Position numbers and translations under genes: made by a program. Of a stretch of 64,000 nt of DNA, positions 12,597-22,828 are shown piece after piece. The notes below the pieces were generated by a model that did no database searches, was not told the DNA's origin, and saw nothing but the letters and a program-made list of their open reading frames with translations. This DNA is from an uncultured Gemmatimonadales bacterium (GTDB taxonomy: Bacteria; Gemmatimonadota; Gemmatimonadetes; Longimicrobiales; Gaopeijiaceae). The stretch covers positions 480,001 through 544,000 of the forward strand of contig CAWGKG010000018.1 in the NCBI GenBank assembly GCA_963823035.1, written 5' to 3'. The stretch's first letter is position 1; each line of letters opens with the position of its first letter.

Positions 12597-15130
12597 GACT
12601 TCTTCTTGCCCCGGCCCGCCCCTCCGGCGCTCTTGCGGCCCTTCTTCGCGCCCCCCTTCCTCCCTCTTCCCTTCCCCTTCCGTGCCGCCGCCTTCGCGAG
12701 CAGCTCGACCGCCTCGTCCATCTCGAGCTCCTCCGGCTCCATGTCCTTCGGCAACGTGGCGTTCACCTTTCCGTCCGTGACGTACGGGCCGAAGCGGCCG
12801 GCCACCACCACGAGGTCGTCGCCGCTCACCGGGTGCGGGCCGAGCTCCTTGAGGGCGACGCGCTTCCCCGACTCCTTGGCCTTGATCAGCTCGATCGCGT
12901 CCGCGAGCGAGATCTCCCACAGCTCCTGGTCGTTGTTCAGGCTCGCGAACGTCTTCCCCCGCCTGACGAAGGGTCCGTAGCGGCCGATCCCCGCGACCAC
13001 CTCTTCGCCCGTGTCGCCGTCCGTGCCGATCGTCCGGGGAAGCGACAGCAGCTTCACCGCGTACCCCAGATCGATGTCCGCCGGCGCCTTCCCCTCGGGG
13101 AGGCTCACCCGCTTGGGCTTCTCGTCCTGCGACTCGGGCGTCAGCTCCACGTACGGCCCGTACGGACCCGTCTTCAGGAGCACCGGGCGGCCTTCCTCCG
13201 GATGGTCGCCGAGCGCCTCTCCCTCCCCGGTCGAGCCGTCCAGAGAGCGCGTGCTCTGGCATTCCGGGTAGCCCGAGCACCCCAGGAAGCGGCCGTACTT
13301 GTTCCAGCGGACGAGCATCGGGCGACCGCATCGCTCGCACGACTCGCCCTCCGCGCGGAGGATCTCCTTGATGATCTCGTCCGAGTTCGCCTTGCCCGCA
13401 TCGACGCGCTCACGGAAACCCGGATAGAACCCCGACAGGAGCGCACGCCACTCCACTTCGCCCTCCTCGACGCGGTCGAGCTCGTTCTCCATCCGGCTGG
13501 TGAACTCGACGTCGAAGATGCGCGGGAAGATGCGTACGAGCAGCTTCGCCACCACCTCCCCGAGGTCGGTCGGGGTGAAGCGTTTCTGATCCAGCTCGAC
13601 GTAGCCGCGATCGACGATGGTGGACAGGATCTGGGCGTACGTGGAGGGGCGCCCGATGCCGAGCTTCTCGAGCTCGCGGACGAGGCTGGCCTCCGAGAAG
13701 CGCGGGGGCGGCTGCGTGAAGTGCTGCCTGGGCTCGAGGCCGCGGAGCTCGCTCGTGTCGCCCTCATCCAGCGCAGGGAGCGGCTCCAGGTCGTCCAGCC
13801 GGCGATGGTCGCCGGCCTCCTTCGCCTCGACGTAGAGGCGCGTGAAGCCCTCGAACTTCACGACCGAGCCCGTCGCACGGTACAGGTACGTTCGGGCGTT
13901 GCTGCCCCGGAGGTCGAAGTCGACCGTGGTGGTGTCGTAGACCGCGGGCGCCATCTGTCCCGCCACGAAGCGCAGCCAGATCAGCTCGTACAGGCGCGCG
14001 GCGTCACGCTCCAGGTACCGCGCGGCCTCCGCGGGGTGCAGCGTGGCGTCGCTCGGGCGGATGGCCTCGTGCGCCTCCTGCGCGCCCTTCTGCTGCTTCC
14101 CGGCCCACAGGCGCGGGGCGGATGCCAGGAAGTCGTTCCCGAACTCCCCTGCGATCCAGCTGCGCGCCTCCTCCACCGCCACGGGCGACACGCGCGTCGA
14201 GTCCGTACGCATGTAGGTGATGAGACCCACCGTGCCGCGTGCGCCGACCTCGAGACCTTCGTAGAGGCGCTGCGCGACGGACATGGTGCGGCGCGCCGAG
14301 AAGCCGAGCCGCTTGGCCGCCTCCTGCTGGAGCGTCGACGTGGTGAAGGGCGCCGAGGGGTTCTTGCGCCGCTCCCTCCGCTTCACGTCCGTGACGGCGA
14401 AGGGGACGCCGCTCACCGCGTCCACCGCGGCCTGCGCCGCCGCTTCGTCGCCCAGCGTGAACGCCTTGCCGTCGATCTGGTGCAGCTTGGCGTCGAAGGT
14501 GTGGTCTTCCCTGGCGAGGTGCGCCGTGATCGACCAGTACTCCTCGGTCACGAACGCGCGGATCTCCGTCTCGCGCTCGCAGATCAACCGCAGGGCCACG
14601 GTCTGGACCCGTCCGGCCGACAGCCCCGGGCGGATGGGCTTCCACAGGAGCGGGCTGACCTGGTAGCCGACGAGGCGGTCGAGGATGCGCCGCGCCTGTT
14701 GCGCTTCCACCTTCTTCATGTCGATCAGGCCCGGGTGCTCCAGCGCCTCCAGAACGGCCCGCTTCGTGATCTCGCGGAACTGCACCCTGCGGAAACGCTC
14801 ACCGTCGTGTTCGGCGTATCCGAGCTGCTCGGCGACGTGGTAGGCGATCGCCTCACCCTCGCGATCAGGGTCGGTGGCGAGGATCACCATCGACGCCCCC
14901 TTCGCCTTCTTCTTGAGGTCGGCGAGTACGGGGCCCTTTCCGCGGATCGTCACGTAGTGCGGCTCGAACCCGTGGTCGACGTCGACCCCCAACTCCTTCG
15001 TGGGCAGGTCGCGCACGTGCCCGACCGACGCCGCGACCTGGTACCGACTGCCCAGGTACTTGCCGATCGTCCGGGCTTTCGCCGGCGACTCCACGATGAC
15101 GAGGTGCTTCCCGCCGCTCTTTTCGGTCAT
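12593..15130 (-). CDS. topA: DNA topoisomerase I
   Basis: LVIVESPAKA, ATDPDREGEAI, SAGRVQ, ITYMRTDS (catalytic Tyr), GIGRPSTY; one Zn ribbon, GRYGP/GPYGP repeats and a Lys-rich tail. Confidence 0.98.
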   Translation of the reverse strand: MTEKSGGKHLVIVESPAKARTIGKYLGSRYQVAASVGHVRDLPTKELGVDVDHGFEPHYVTIRGKGPVLADLKKKAKGASMVILATDPDREGEAIAYHVAEQLGYAEHDGERFRRVQFREITKRAVLEALEHPGLIDMKKVEAQQARRILDRLVGYQVSPLLWKPIRPGLSAGRVQTVALRLICERETEIRAFVTEEYWSITAHLAREDHTFDAKLHQIDGKAFTLGDEAAAQAAVDAVSGVPFAVTDVKRRERRKNPSAPFTTSTLQQEAAKRLGFSARRTMSVAQRLYEGLEVGARGTVGLITYMRTDSTRVSPVAVEEARSWIAGEFGNDFLASAPRLWAGKQQKGAQEAHEAIRPSDATLHPAEAARYLERDAARLYELIWLRFVAGQMAPAVYDTTTVDFDLRGSNARTYLYRATGSVVKFEGFTRLYVEAKEAGDHRRLDDLEPLPALDEGDTSELRGLEPRQHFTQPPPRFSEASLVRELEKLGIGRPSTYAQILSTIVDRGYVELDQKRFTPTDLGEVVAKLLVRIFPRIFDVEFTSRMENELDRVEEGEVEWRALLSGFYPGFRERVDAGKANSDEIIKEILRAEGESCERCGRPMLVRWNKYGRFLGCSGYPECQSTRSLDGSTGEGEALGDHPEEGRPVLLKTGPYGPYVELTPESQDEKPKRVSLPEGKAPADIDLGYAVKLLSLPRTIGTDGDTGEEVVAGIGRYGPFVRRGKTFASLNNDQELWEISLADAIELIKAKESGKRVALKELGPHPVSGDDLVVVAGRFGPYVTDGKVNATLPKDMEPEELEMDEAVELLAKAAARKGKGRGRKGGAKKGRKSAGGAGRGKKKS

Positions 15131-15137
15131 GCCGTTC

Positions 15138-15677
15138 TCACGTCCCTACCGCAGAATTGCTTCGGTGGCGCTCCACCAGCGCCAGGATGGTCCTACTCAC
15201 ATCTATCGGTGTCCGCCCGTCCGTGTCCACCTCCGCCTGCGCCTCGGCATACGCGGACACCCGTCGCTCGAGCAGCCGACGCGCAGTCGCGAGCGGATCG
15301 GGGCCCGTGAGGAGCGGGCGGTCGCCCGAGGACCCCGCGCGAGCCACCGCGACCTCGGGCGACACGCGCAGCCACACGCTCAGCGTCCCGGGGGGGAGGG
15401 CCTTCAGGCGACCCGGCACGGCCGCCCACCCTCCACCGCTGCCCAGCACCACATCCGCTTCCTCGAGGAGGGCCCGGGCGACGCCTTCCTCCACCGAGCG
15501 GAAGTACGGCTCGCCCTCGTCCGCGAAGATCCGAGGCACGGAGCGACCTTCTTCCTGCTCGATGCGGTCGTCGAAATCCACGAACCTCCAGGAGAGCGCT
15601 TCGGCGACCAGCGGTCCGACGGTGGACTTGCCGGAGCCCATGAAGCCGACCAGGAGAACGCGTCGAATCGCGGTCAC
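15138..15677 (-). CDS. aroK: Shikimate kinase
   Basis: LVGFMGSGKSTVG, GEPYFRSVE, GSGGG, RPLL; GTG at 15677 overlaps the aroC stop. Confidence 0.95.
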   Translation of the reverse strand: MTAIRRVLLVGFMGSGKSTVGPLVAEALSWRFVDFDDRIEQEEGRSVPRIFADEGEPYFRSVEEGVARALLEEADVVLGSGGGWAAVPGRLKALPPGTLSVWLRVSPEVAVARAGSSGDRPLLTGPDPLATARRLLERRVSAYAEAQAEVDTDGRTPIDVSRTILALVERHRSNSAVGT

Positions 15678-16882
15678 CGCTCCCCGAATCCTCGGTCGCT
15701 GAGGTACGCGACGTATCCCTCGAAGTTCCGCCGGATCTCCCCGATGGAGTCGCCCCCGAACTTCTGCAGGAAGGCGTTCGCCACCACCAGCGCCACCATC
15801 GTCTCGCCCACCACGGCCGCAGCGGGGACCGCGCACACGTCGCTCCGCTCCACGGCCGCGTCGCCCACCGAGCCGTCGCGCAGATCCACGCTCGGGAGGG
15901 GTTTGCGCAGGGTCGAGATCGGCTTCATGGCACCCCGCACCACGAGGGGCTCCCCCGTGGTGACCCCACCCTCCAGCCCGCCGGCCCGGTTGGAGGCGCG
16001 CCCGAGCCGACCGGTGCGCGCCTTGTCGGGCGCCCGCACGATCGGGTCGTGTACCTCCGAGCCCGGACGGCGCGCCCCCTCGAAGCCCAGGCCGATCTCC
16101 ACGCCCTTGACCGCCTGGATGGACATCATGGCGCCGGCCAGCCGACCGTCGAGCTTCTCGTCCCACGCGACGTAGCTGCCCAGGCCCGCGGGCACGCCGG
16201 TGGCGACCACCTCGAACACCCCACCGAGCGTGTCTCCGCGTTCCTTCGCCGCGTCGATCGCCGCGGTCATCCGGGCCGACGCATCCGGGTCCAGACAGCG
16301 GACGGGGTCCTCCGCGACGGCAGCGTTGAGGTCCTCGGGAAGCGTCCGGGGCAGCTCGGCCACCACGTCCCCGATCGACACCACGTGGCTGGCGACGTGG
16401 ATGCCGAACTCGTCGAGAAGGCGCTTGGCGACCGCACCGCAGGCGACGCGGGCCGCCGTCTCGCGCGCGCTGGCCCGCTCGAGGACGTCGCGCACGTCCC
16501 GCCGGTCGTACTTGAGCGCGCCTACGAGGTCCGCATGGCCCGGCCGGGGAAGGTAGTGCGGCCGGAGCGCCTTGGGGTTCACGTCCGCCGGGGGCCGCAC
16601 CGCGCTCATCGCCACCTGCCAGTTCTCCCAGTCGCGATTCCAGACGAGCATCGCGAGCGGCGACCCGAGCGTCTCCCCGAGTCGAACGCCGCTGAGCAGC
16701 TCCGCGCGGTCGGACTCGATCAGCATCCTGCGACCGCGGCCGTATCCTCCCTGTCGCCGGCGCAGCTCGGGGTCCACGTCGCGCTCCATGTCGAGCAGCA
16801 GACCGGCCGGAAGGCCTTCGAGCAGCGCAACGAGTCCACGCCCGTGGGATTCGCCCGCCGTCCGGAACCGCAATCCGTCCAT
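15674..16882 (-). CDS. aroC: Chorismate synthase
   Basis: LRFRTAGESHG, RRQGGYGRG, PRPGHADL, ERASARETAARV, SNRAGGLEGG, MKPISTL, ERSD. Confidence 0.98.
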   Translation of the reverse strand: MDGLRFRTAGESHGRGLVALLEGLPAGLLLDMERDVDPELRRRQGGYGRGRRMLIESDRAELLSGVRLGETLGSPLAMLVWNRDWENWQVAMSAVRPPADVNPKALRPHYLPRPGHADLVGALKYDRRDVRDVLERASARETAARVACGAVAKRLLDEFGIHVASHVVSIGDVVAELPRTLPEDLNAAVAEDPVRCLDPDASARMTAAIDAAKERGDTLGGVFEVVATGVPAGLGSYVAWDEKLDGRLAGAMMSIQAVKGVEIGLGFEGARRPGSEVHDPIVRAPDKARTGRLGRASNRAGGLEGGVTTGEPLVVRGAMKPISTLRKPLPSVDLRDGSVGDAAVERSDVCAVPAAAVVGETMVALVVANAFLQKFGGDSIGEIRRNFEGYVAYLSDRGFGER

Positions 16883-16908
16883 GCACCCGCCTCTCGGGGA
16901 TCGCCGCC

Positions 16909-17008
16909 AAAGCAAAGCCCGGCCGAGCCGGGCTGCGTACCGATCGAGTGTGACGTCGTCGCGACATCGCCTCCGGGCGCTTTCTTCCCGAATCGGCTCG
17001 ATCGTCCT
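16909..17008 (-). ncRNA. Candidate structured leader RNA/attenuator (or sRNA) upstream of aroC
   Basis: 8-bp closing helix (16941-16948 with 16997-17004) encloses three short hairpins, followed by an 8-bp hairpin (16916-16934) and UUGCUUU tail; preceded by TTGGAC-N17-TATATA. Confidence 0.45.
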
Positions 17009-17014
17009 TCTATC

Positions 17015-17043
17015 TATATAGAGGAGGACCCCGGCTCGTCCAA
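17015..17043 (-). promoter_or_regulatory. Putative sigma-70-type promoter for the aroC leader/operon
   Basis: Minus strand TTGGAC (17043-17038), 17-nt spacer, TATATA (17020-17015) in a rare AT-rich patch. Confidence 0.5.
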
Positions 17044-17071
17044 GCCCTGGCCCCCACCGGCCCTCAAAGGA

Positions 17072-17103
17072 ACGCCCCGGCGGACCATGGCCCGCCGGGG
17101 CGT
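17072..17103 (-). terminator. Hairpin/putative terminator after the pilMNOPQ-lipoprotein operon
   Basis: 12-bp perfect inverted repeat acgccccggcgg / ccgccggggcgt about 25 nt past the stop at 17129, followed by uccuuu on the minus strand. Confidence 0.65.
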
Positions 17104-17128
17104 CCCGACACCTCGTGGAAGGGTGCGA

Positions 17129-19919
17129 TCAGTTCCGCGCCGGATGCTCGCTGAGCACGTCCGCCTTCCGCACGTCGATCACCACCACGCCGCCCGCCGC
17201 CGTCGTGGCGAACAGCTTCACCACCACACAGCGGTCCTCGCTCGACCCGTTCGGACCGATCGGGCTGTTGAAGTCACCGCCGTTGTAGATGCGCACCGCG
17301 TTGCCGATGACGTCGCCGCGCTTGTCGGTGACCGCGATGGTCCCGCAGCTGAAGGCGGCGTTGTCGGCCGCGAACGGGAGGATGGCCCGCAGCGGTCCGG
17401 TGATGTTGTCGCGGATGTGCACGCGGCCGACGCGCGTGAAGCGCTGCGTGTCGATGATGTCCACCGTGCGCTGCCCGCTGGCCACGAAGGCCAGATGCGT
17501 GTCCGGGCGGTACTCGCCGCCGAGGTTCTCCAGCGTGCGGCTGTTCGCGTGCAGCGGATGCAGCGCCGCCCCCGAGCCGCTGCCCGCCAGCGGGATCTCC
17601 GTGAGACCCTGCAGACGCAGGTCCGACGGGCTGATGAAGTACGCCGCCAGGCGCCCGCGCACCACGCCGAGCGTGCCGTCGTAGTTGAGCCCGAGCCCAC
17701 GCACCTCCTCCGCCGGGTTGGTGAGGAGGTCGGAGACCTGCAGCCACCTCGTCAGCGACGTGGTGTCCGCCTGCCTGGCCTGATAGGTGAGCACGCGTCC
17801 GACCGGGCTGGTGCCGCCTTCACCGACGGAGACCCACCCGCCGTCGCCCGAGGCGGCCACGTACGTCGTGTCCTTGAACGTGACGCTCGGGATGTTCCAC
17901 GTCGCGCCGGACTCGCAGTACATGTCCCCGCCCTTGGCGTTCAGACGCGCCGCGGCGTCACAAACGGGATCGGCGTCGAGCACGCTCAGGTCGGCGCTGA
18001 TGATGTTGGACGGGAAGCCCGGTACGTGATCGAAGAAGCGGACGGCCGACACCGTGTCCGTCCCGAGCGAGTCCGTGAAGATCTCGGCGATGCCCACCAG
18101 CGAGTCGATGTGCGCGACCGCCCAGTTGTCTTCCTGCGCGTTGTTGATGGCGTGCTCGACGAAGATCTTCGCCTCGGTGCGATCCCAGCCGGACTCGAAG
18201 TAGCCCTTCCGAGCCGTTCCCAGGTCTCCCACGCTCGATGTCTTCGTCGAGTACACGAGGTTGCCGAAGGAGTCGACGGCCACGAACTGCGGGCGATCCG
18301 AGAACGACGGCGACTGGGGCCGCGGATGCGGCGACACCAGGTACTGGACGCCCGCATCGCCCGTTCTCTGCTCGATGTCGAAGAGGATCACGTCCGGCGT
18401 GAGGAAGCGCTCACCGTCGACCTCGGTCTCGTTGTTCAGGTCGACCAGGGAGAGGTTCGTGCCGCCAGAGTTGCCGACCCACATGGACTGGTTGTCCCGG
18501 GTCAGAGCGAGGCCCCATGGCTCCGAGCCCACGCCGATGGCGTTCCGGAACGACTCGGTCTTCAGGTCGAAGACCTCGACCCGATTGGACTCGATGTTGG
18601 AGAGGAAGAGGTTCCGCCGCACCGTGTCGACGACCGCGTCCATGATGCGGCCGCCCGACACCGGAAGCAGCACGGTCTTCCCTGCCACGATCTCGCGGGT
18701 GATGCGCTCACCCGTGCGCCCCAGCGCGACCGTATAGCCGGCGGTGGCGTCGCAGGCGAGCGCGCGCAGCGTGTCACCGCCGACGCTGGCACCGCAGTTC
18801 CCCTGCCCGTCCCGCATCCACGTCGTCACCTCGAAGACCAGCGTATCCGGGAGGCTGAGCGAGTCGACGTTGAACGTCGGCACGTCGAAGGTCTGCGATA
18901 CCGTCCCGGTTCTCGGGGGCGAGAAGGTCCGGGAGTCCGAACGCACCAGCGTGGTGCCGCGCGTCTGGGAGATCGACAGGACGGTGTAGCCCACCTCGGC
19001 GATCCCCCCGCCTTGCGTGTTGTCCGCGCCCGTGACCTGCACGGAGAGCTCGTCCTGGACCTCCATGCGATCCGAGGACGGTGTCGTCACCGTCTGACGC
19101 AGCCGCGGAACGATCGTGTCACCCACGGTGGAGGAGATCACGGTCAGCGTGATGGGGCCGTCCTGTCCGGAGACGTCCAGCGCGTTGCGGGCGACCGCCG
19201 CCAGCGTGATCGTCCCCGTGGTGCCGGCCGGCACCGTGACGACCGTGTCGACGACCACCGAATCCGTCAGGTGCGGGGAAGGAGCGCGTCAGCGTGCGGC
19301 TGAAGGCGCCGCCGATGTCGATGCGCACCTGTGTGATGCCCTGTGGGTCCTGCGCCCGCACCCTCAGGCTGAGGTTCAGCCCGGCCTGGATGGACTGGCC
19401 GTCCTCGACGTCGAGGATCTGCACGTCCGGCCCGCCGAGCACGAGGCTCACCGTATCCGCCCGGACGTTGCCCACGTCGTCGGTGGCCTCCACCACGATG
19501 AGGCCCGTCTCCTTGGTGGAGTCCGGCGTGGCCAGCAGGTAGCGCATGATCGTCGTGTCCCGCACCCCCGCGGGGAGCGTGACCGTCTTCTCGGCGTATC
19601 GCTGCACCACCACGTCCGTGCCCAGCTCGGGGTCACCGCGCACGGCGATCCCGTAGAAGCGCAGCGACGCGACGGCCACGTTGTCCTTCACGCGCGCCGC
19701 CACGTAGACCGAGTCGCCCAGCGGCTTCGCCGAAAGCGAATCGCCCCTCGGCGACGTGATCGTGACCTCGGGGGCCGTGGGGTCGTTCGCGTTCCCCCCA
19801 CCGGGACCCCCGGGCACGCTGAAGAGGTTCTCGCCTTCGCAGGCCGCGACCACCATGACGGCCACCATGGCAATCGCCGTGAGCGCGGCGCGCAATCCCT
19901 TGTTCCTGTTACGCAGCAT
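17129..19919 (-). CDS. Large lipoprotein with Ig-like repeats and a YVTN-type beta-propeller region (~930 aa); frameshift near 19275
   Basis: Signal with lipobox VVAA-C; DPTAPEVTITSP...V.A.DNVAVAS and DTIVP Ig-like starts; later AIGVGSEPWGLAL...WVGNSGGTNLSLVDL propeller blade. Joins ORFs 19119..19919 and 17129..19258. Confidence 0.75.
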
Positions 19920-19949
19920 TTTCGGTTCGCTCCCTGTGGACCCGATCAG

Positions 19950-21729
19950 TCAGTTGGAGCCCCGCACGATATGCGGAGTCACGAGGATGATCAGATCACG
20001 CTGAACCGTCTGCTCACGGTTGACCCGGAAGAGTCGACCGATGACCGGAAGGTTCATGAGGAGGGGGATACCGGACCGGACCTCTGTCCGCTCGCTCTGC
20101 GTGAGACCCGCGATGACGGCCGTCTCGCCGTCCTCTACCAGCACCCGCGTACGGGCTTCCTGCGTCTGCTTGACGAAGCCGACGTCCGAATTCGCGAGGT
20201 CGGCCGACGAGCGCTCCGCGCTCAGCTCGAGGAGAATGTTGCCGTTCGCGGTGACGTGGGGTGTGGCCTGCAGGATGATGCCGGTCTCCTCGGTGGAGAC
20301 CTGGGCGCGCGGGAAGATGCCCTGACCCGCCGCACCGGCCCCACCACCGGCGCCCGCGTCGATCGTACGCACGGGGACGTCGACACCGACCTTGATGCGG
20401 GCCTGCACGTTGTCCAGCGTCGTGATCTGCGGGATGGCCTGGACGTCGCTCAGGTTCACCTGCGAGAGCGCGTCCAGGAAGCTGACGAGCTGGTGCCGGC
20501 CGATGACCAGCGAGCTCAGCAGCGTGAGGCTCGGCGACGTCAGACGCTCCTTGGCGTTGCCCAGCGCGGCGATCGAGTTGCCGCCGAGGAGCACCACGGC
20601 CTCGCCCTGCTGCACGGCTTCGTCGGGCAGGGTGATCGTTCCGTCGCCGTTGAGATCGGCCGCACCGGACGAGAGCTGGTTGATCTGGTTGCCGCGCGAG
20701 TCCTTGACCTCGTAGCTGACACCGAGCTCGTCCAGGTCCGTGCGGTCCACGAAGATGATCTTCGCCTGGATCGACACCTGCGGCGTGCGCACGTCGAGCT
20801 CCTGCAGGAGCGCCCGCACCGCGTTCTGGACGCGGTTGATGTCGTTCACGATCAGCGTGTTCGTGCCCTGCCCAGCGGTGATGCTGCCTCGCTCGGAGAG
20901 GAGCGGCTGTGATCTGTGTCTGCAGCTCGGTCGCCGTCCCGTAGTTGATGCGGTGGGCAACGGTGACGATCGGCTCGACGGCCTCACGGTCGTTCAGGTC
21001 CGTGATGTTGTCGACCCGGATGATCCCGTAGTCGTTCTCCTCGGCGATCAGCCCCTGCCCGGAGAGGATCGCGTTCAGCGCCGCGTCCCAGGGCTGGTCG
21101 CGGATATCCGCGGTGACGACGCCCGAGACATTCGAGCCCGGAACGATCGACTTCCCGGAGAAGGACGCGAACGCGAGGAGCACGTCCTGGATCGGGGTCG
21201 CCGTGAAGGTGATCGAGATGCGCCGGTTCTGGCTGAGCTGCTGGCCCGATCCGAAGCTGGCCGTGCGGGACAGCGCCGACGGAGCCGGCTGAGGCTTCGC
21301 GACAGGCTTGGCGGCCACGGGCGAGGCGACGGGCTCGACGACCCCGGAGCTCCAGGGCGCGAAGTCGCCGCCCGGATTGTCCAGGGAGATCCTGAGTCCA
21401 TGCGGATCACGGGCGATCGTGTAGCCCACCTTGCCGTTCAGCTCGAGCACGACCCGGACCACGTCCGGGGAGTACTGACTGGTACGCACGGCGCGGATTC
21501 CACCCCGGTTGACATTCGCGTACACGTCGCGTGAAAGGGCGTGGCGGGACCCCATGAGGTCCACGACCAGGCGGTCCGGACCTTCCATGGTGAAGTCCCG
21601 GAAGTCGACCTGCCCGTCCACCGAGATGAGGACGCTGGTCTGCTGGGCCGCCGGGGTGATGGCCACCTCGGTGACCGGTCCCCCGAGGGTCATGAGGGCA
21701 CTCGTCCAAAGCGCGAATATCGAGGTCAT
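19950..21729 (-). CDS. pilQ: Type IV pilus secretin PilQ (AMIN + STN/N + secretin); frameshift near 20905
   Basis: AMIN domain (PDRLVVDL, VRVVLEL), IRDQPWDAALNAIL, TNTLIVND, LDVRTPQVSIQAKII, PQITTLDN, GETAVIAGL, SGIPLLMNLPVIGRLF, LIILVTPHIV. Confidence 0.93.
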
Positions 21730-22214
21730 GGAGTGCCTCCCAGGCGCCGGGTCTCCAGCTGCATGATCTTCTGCTCCGTGAGTCCGAACTCCTCGACCTC
21801 CACCACGACTTGCTCGCGGCGGATCTCGATCACCCGGACGTTTCCGATCGACTGTCCCACCTTCAGATACCACGACTTCCCTTCGGTGATCGAAACACTC
21901 CGGCCATCCTCGGAGACGGTGACCGCGCTCGTCCCGAGCACGGCCACGCTCGACGCCGGATCGGCGTCGTGGATGATGCCCATCACGCGGAGCTGCTCGA
22001 AGCGCGGCCCACCCTCTCCGGCGACCAGCGGCCGGAACGGATTCCGTCGCTGAAAGGCGGGATAGCGAAAGACCTCACGCTCGAACACGAGCTCCGTCGG
22101 GCCCTGCTGCTGGGCCGGCGGCGGCTGTTGCTGCTGCCCGCGCAGGCCCATCGGGAGGAGCGACGTCCACGCGACGAGGACGAGGCCCCAGCGAATGCGC
22201 TTCACGATCGTCAT
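21726..22214 (-). CDS. pilP: PilP-like pilus assembly protein
   Basis: Lies between pilO and pilQ; signal peptide, RRNPFRP motif, GII...YLKVGQSIGNVRVIEI, matching the PilP/GspC HR-domain pattern. Confidence 0.7.
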   Translation of the reverse strand: MTIVKRIRWGLVLVAWTSLLPMGLRGQQQQPPPAQQQGPTELVFEREVFRYPAFQRRNPFRPLVAGEGGPRFEQLRVMGIIHDADPASSVAVLGTSAVTVSEDGRSVSITEGKSWYLKVGQSIGNVRVIEIRREQVVVEVEEFGLTEQKIMQLETRRLGGTP

Positions 22215-22825
22215 CCCTCCGACCCCCCTTGCGTAGCCGGGGGCTGCGAGCTCGGGTCCGGCAGGACGTAGGTCTCGATCCGGAACGTCGCGAGCACGGG
22301 GGCCTCGACCTCCGGGAAGAGCTGGGGCTGCGGATGCGGCGCCAGCTCGAGTTGAACGGGGTTCACGATCCGCGAGAGGCTGGCCACGTCCGTCAGGAAG
22401 TGACCCACCGCGTGGTAGTCCCCCGACACCGCCATCTCGTACGACATCTTGTTGTAGTAGGCGCTGGCTTCCGCGGGCTCGGGGAGGAGACGGGTCATCT
22501 CCACGCCGTCCTGGCGGGCGCGCACCGACATGTCGTCGAGCAGCACCGGCACTTCTTCGGCGGCCGGAATCAGCTCCTCGAGCTTGCTGACCTGGCGCTC
22601 GTACAGCGCCATGCGCTCCTCGAGATCGCCGCCGCCCCGTGCGGCGAGCACCTGCGCGCGGCGGTTCTGCCCCTCGAGCGTCTCGAGGCGCTCCTGCATG
22701 CTCGCGACCTCTTCGCGCTTCCCCTTGTACCAGAAGGAGTAGAAGGGGTAGATGAGGGCGAGCAGCAGGATCGCGGCCAGAAGGGCGTTGCGCTGCTTGG
22801 GAACCGCGGGATTGTACCAGGCCAT
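22211..22825 (-). CDS. pilO: Type IV pilus assembly protein PilO
   Basis: Single N-terminal TM, coiled coil, LIPAAEEVPVLLDDM, VSGDYHAVGHFLTDVASLSRIV. Confidence 0.9.
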   Translation of the reverse strand: MAWYNPAVPKQRNALLAAILLLALIYPFYSFWYKGKREEVASMQERLETLEGQNRRAQVLAARGGGDLEERMALYERQVSKLEELIPAAEEVPVLLDDMSVRARQDGVEMTRLLPEPAEASAYYNKMSYEMAVSGDYHAVGHFLTDVASLSRIVNPVQLELAPHPQPQLFPEVEAPVLATFRIETYVLPDPSSQPPATQGGSEG

Positions 22826-22828
22826 GGG

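Noticed and set aside
16049..19303. 1084-aa plus-strand ORF, and other long antisense ORFs such as 12833..15310, 40990..43122 and 52260..54341
   Set aside because: Shadow ORFs opposite well-supported genes; expected in high-GC DNA and without recognisable motifs.
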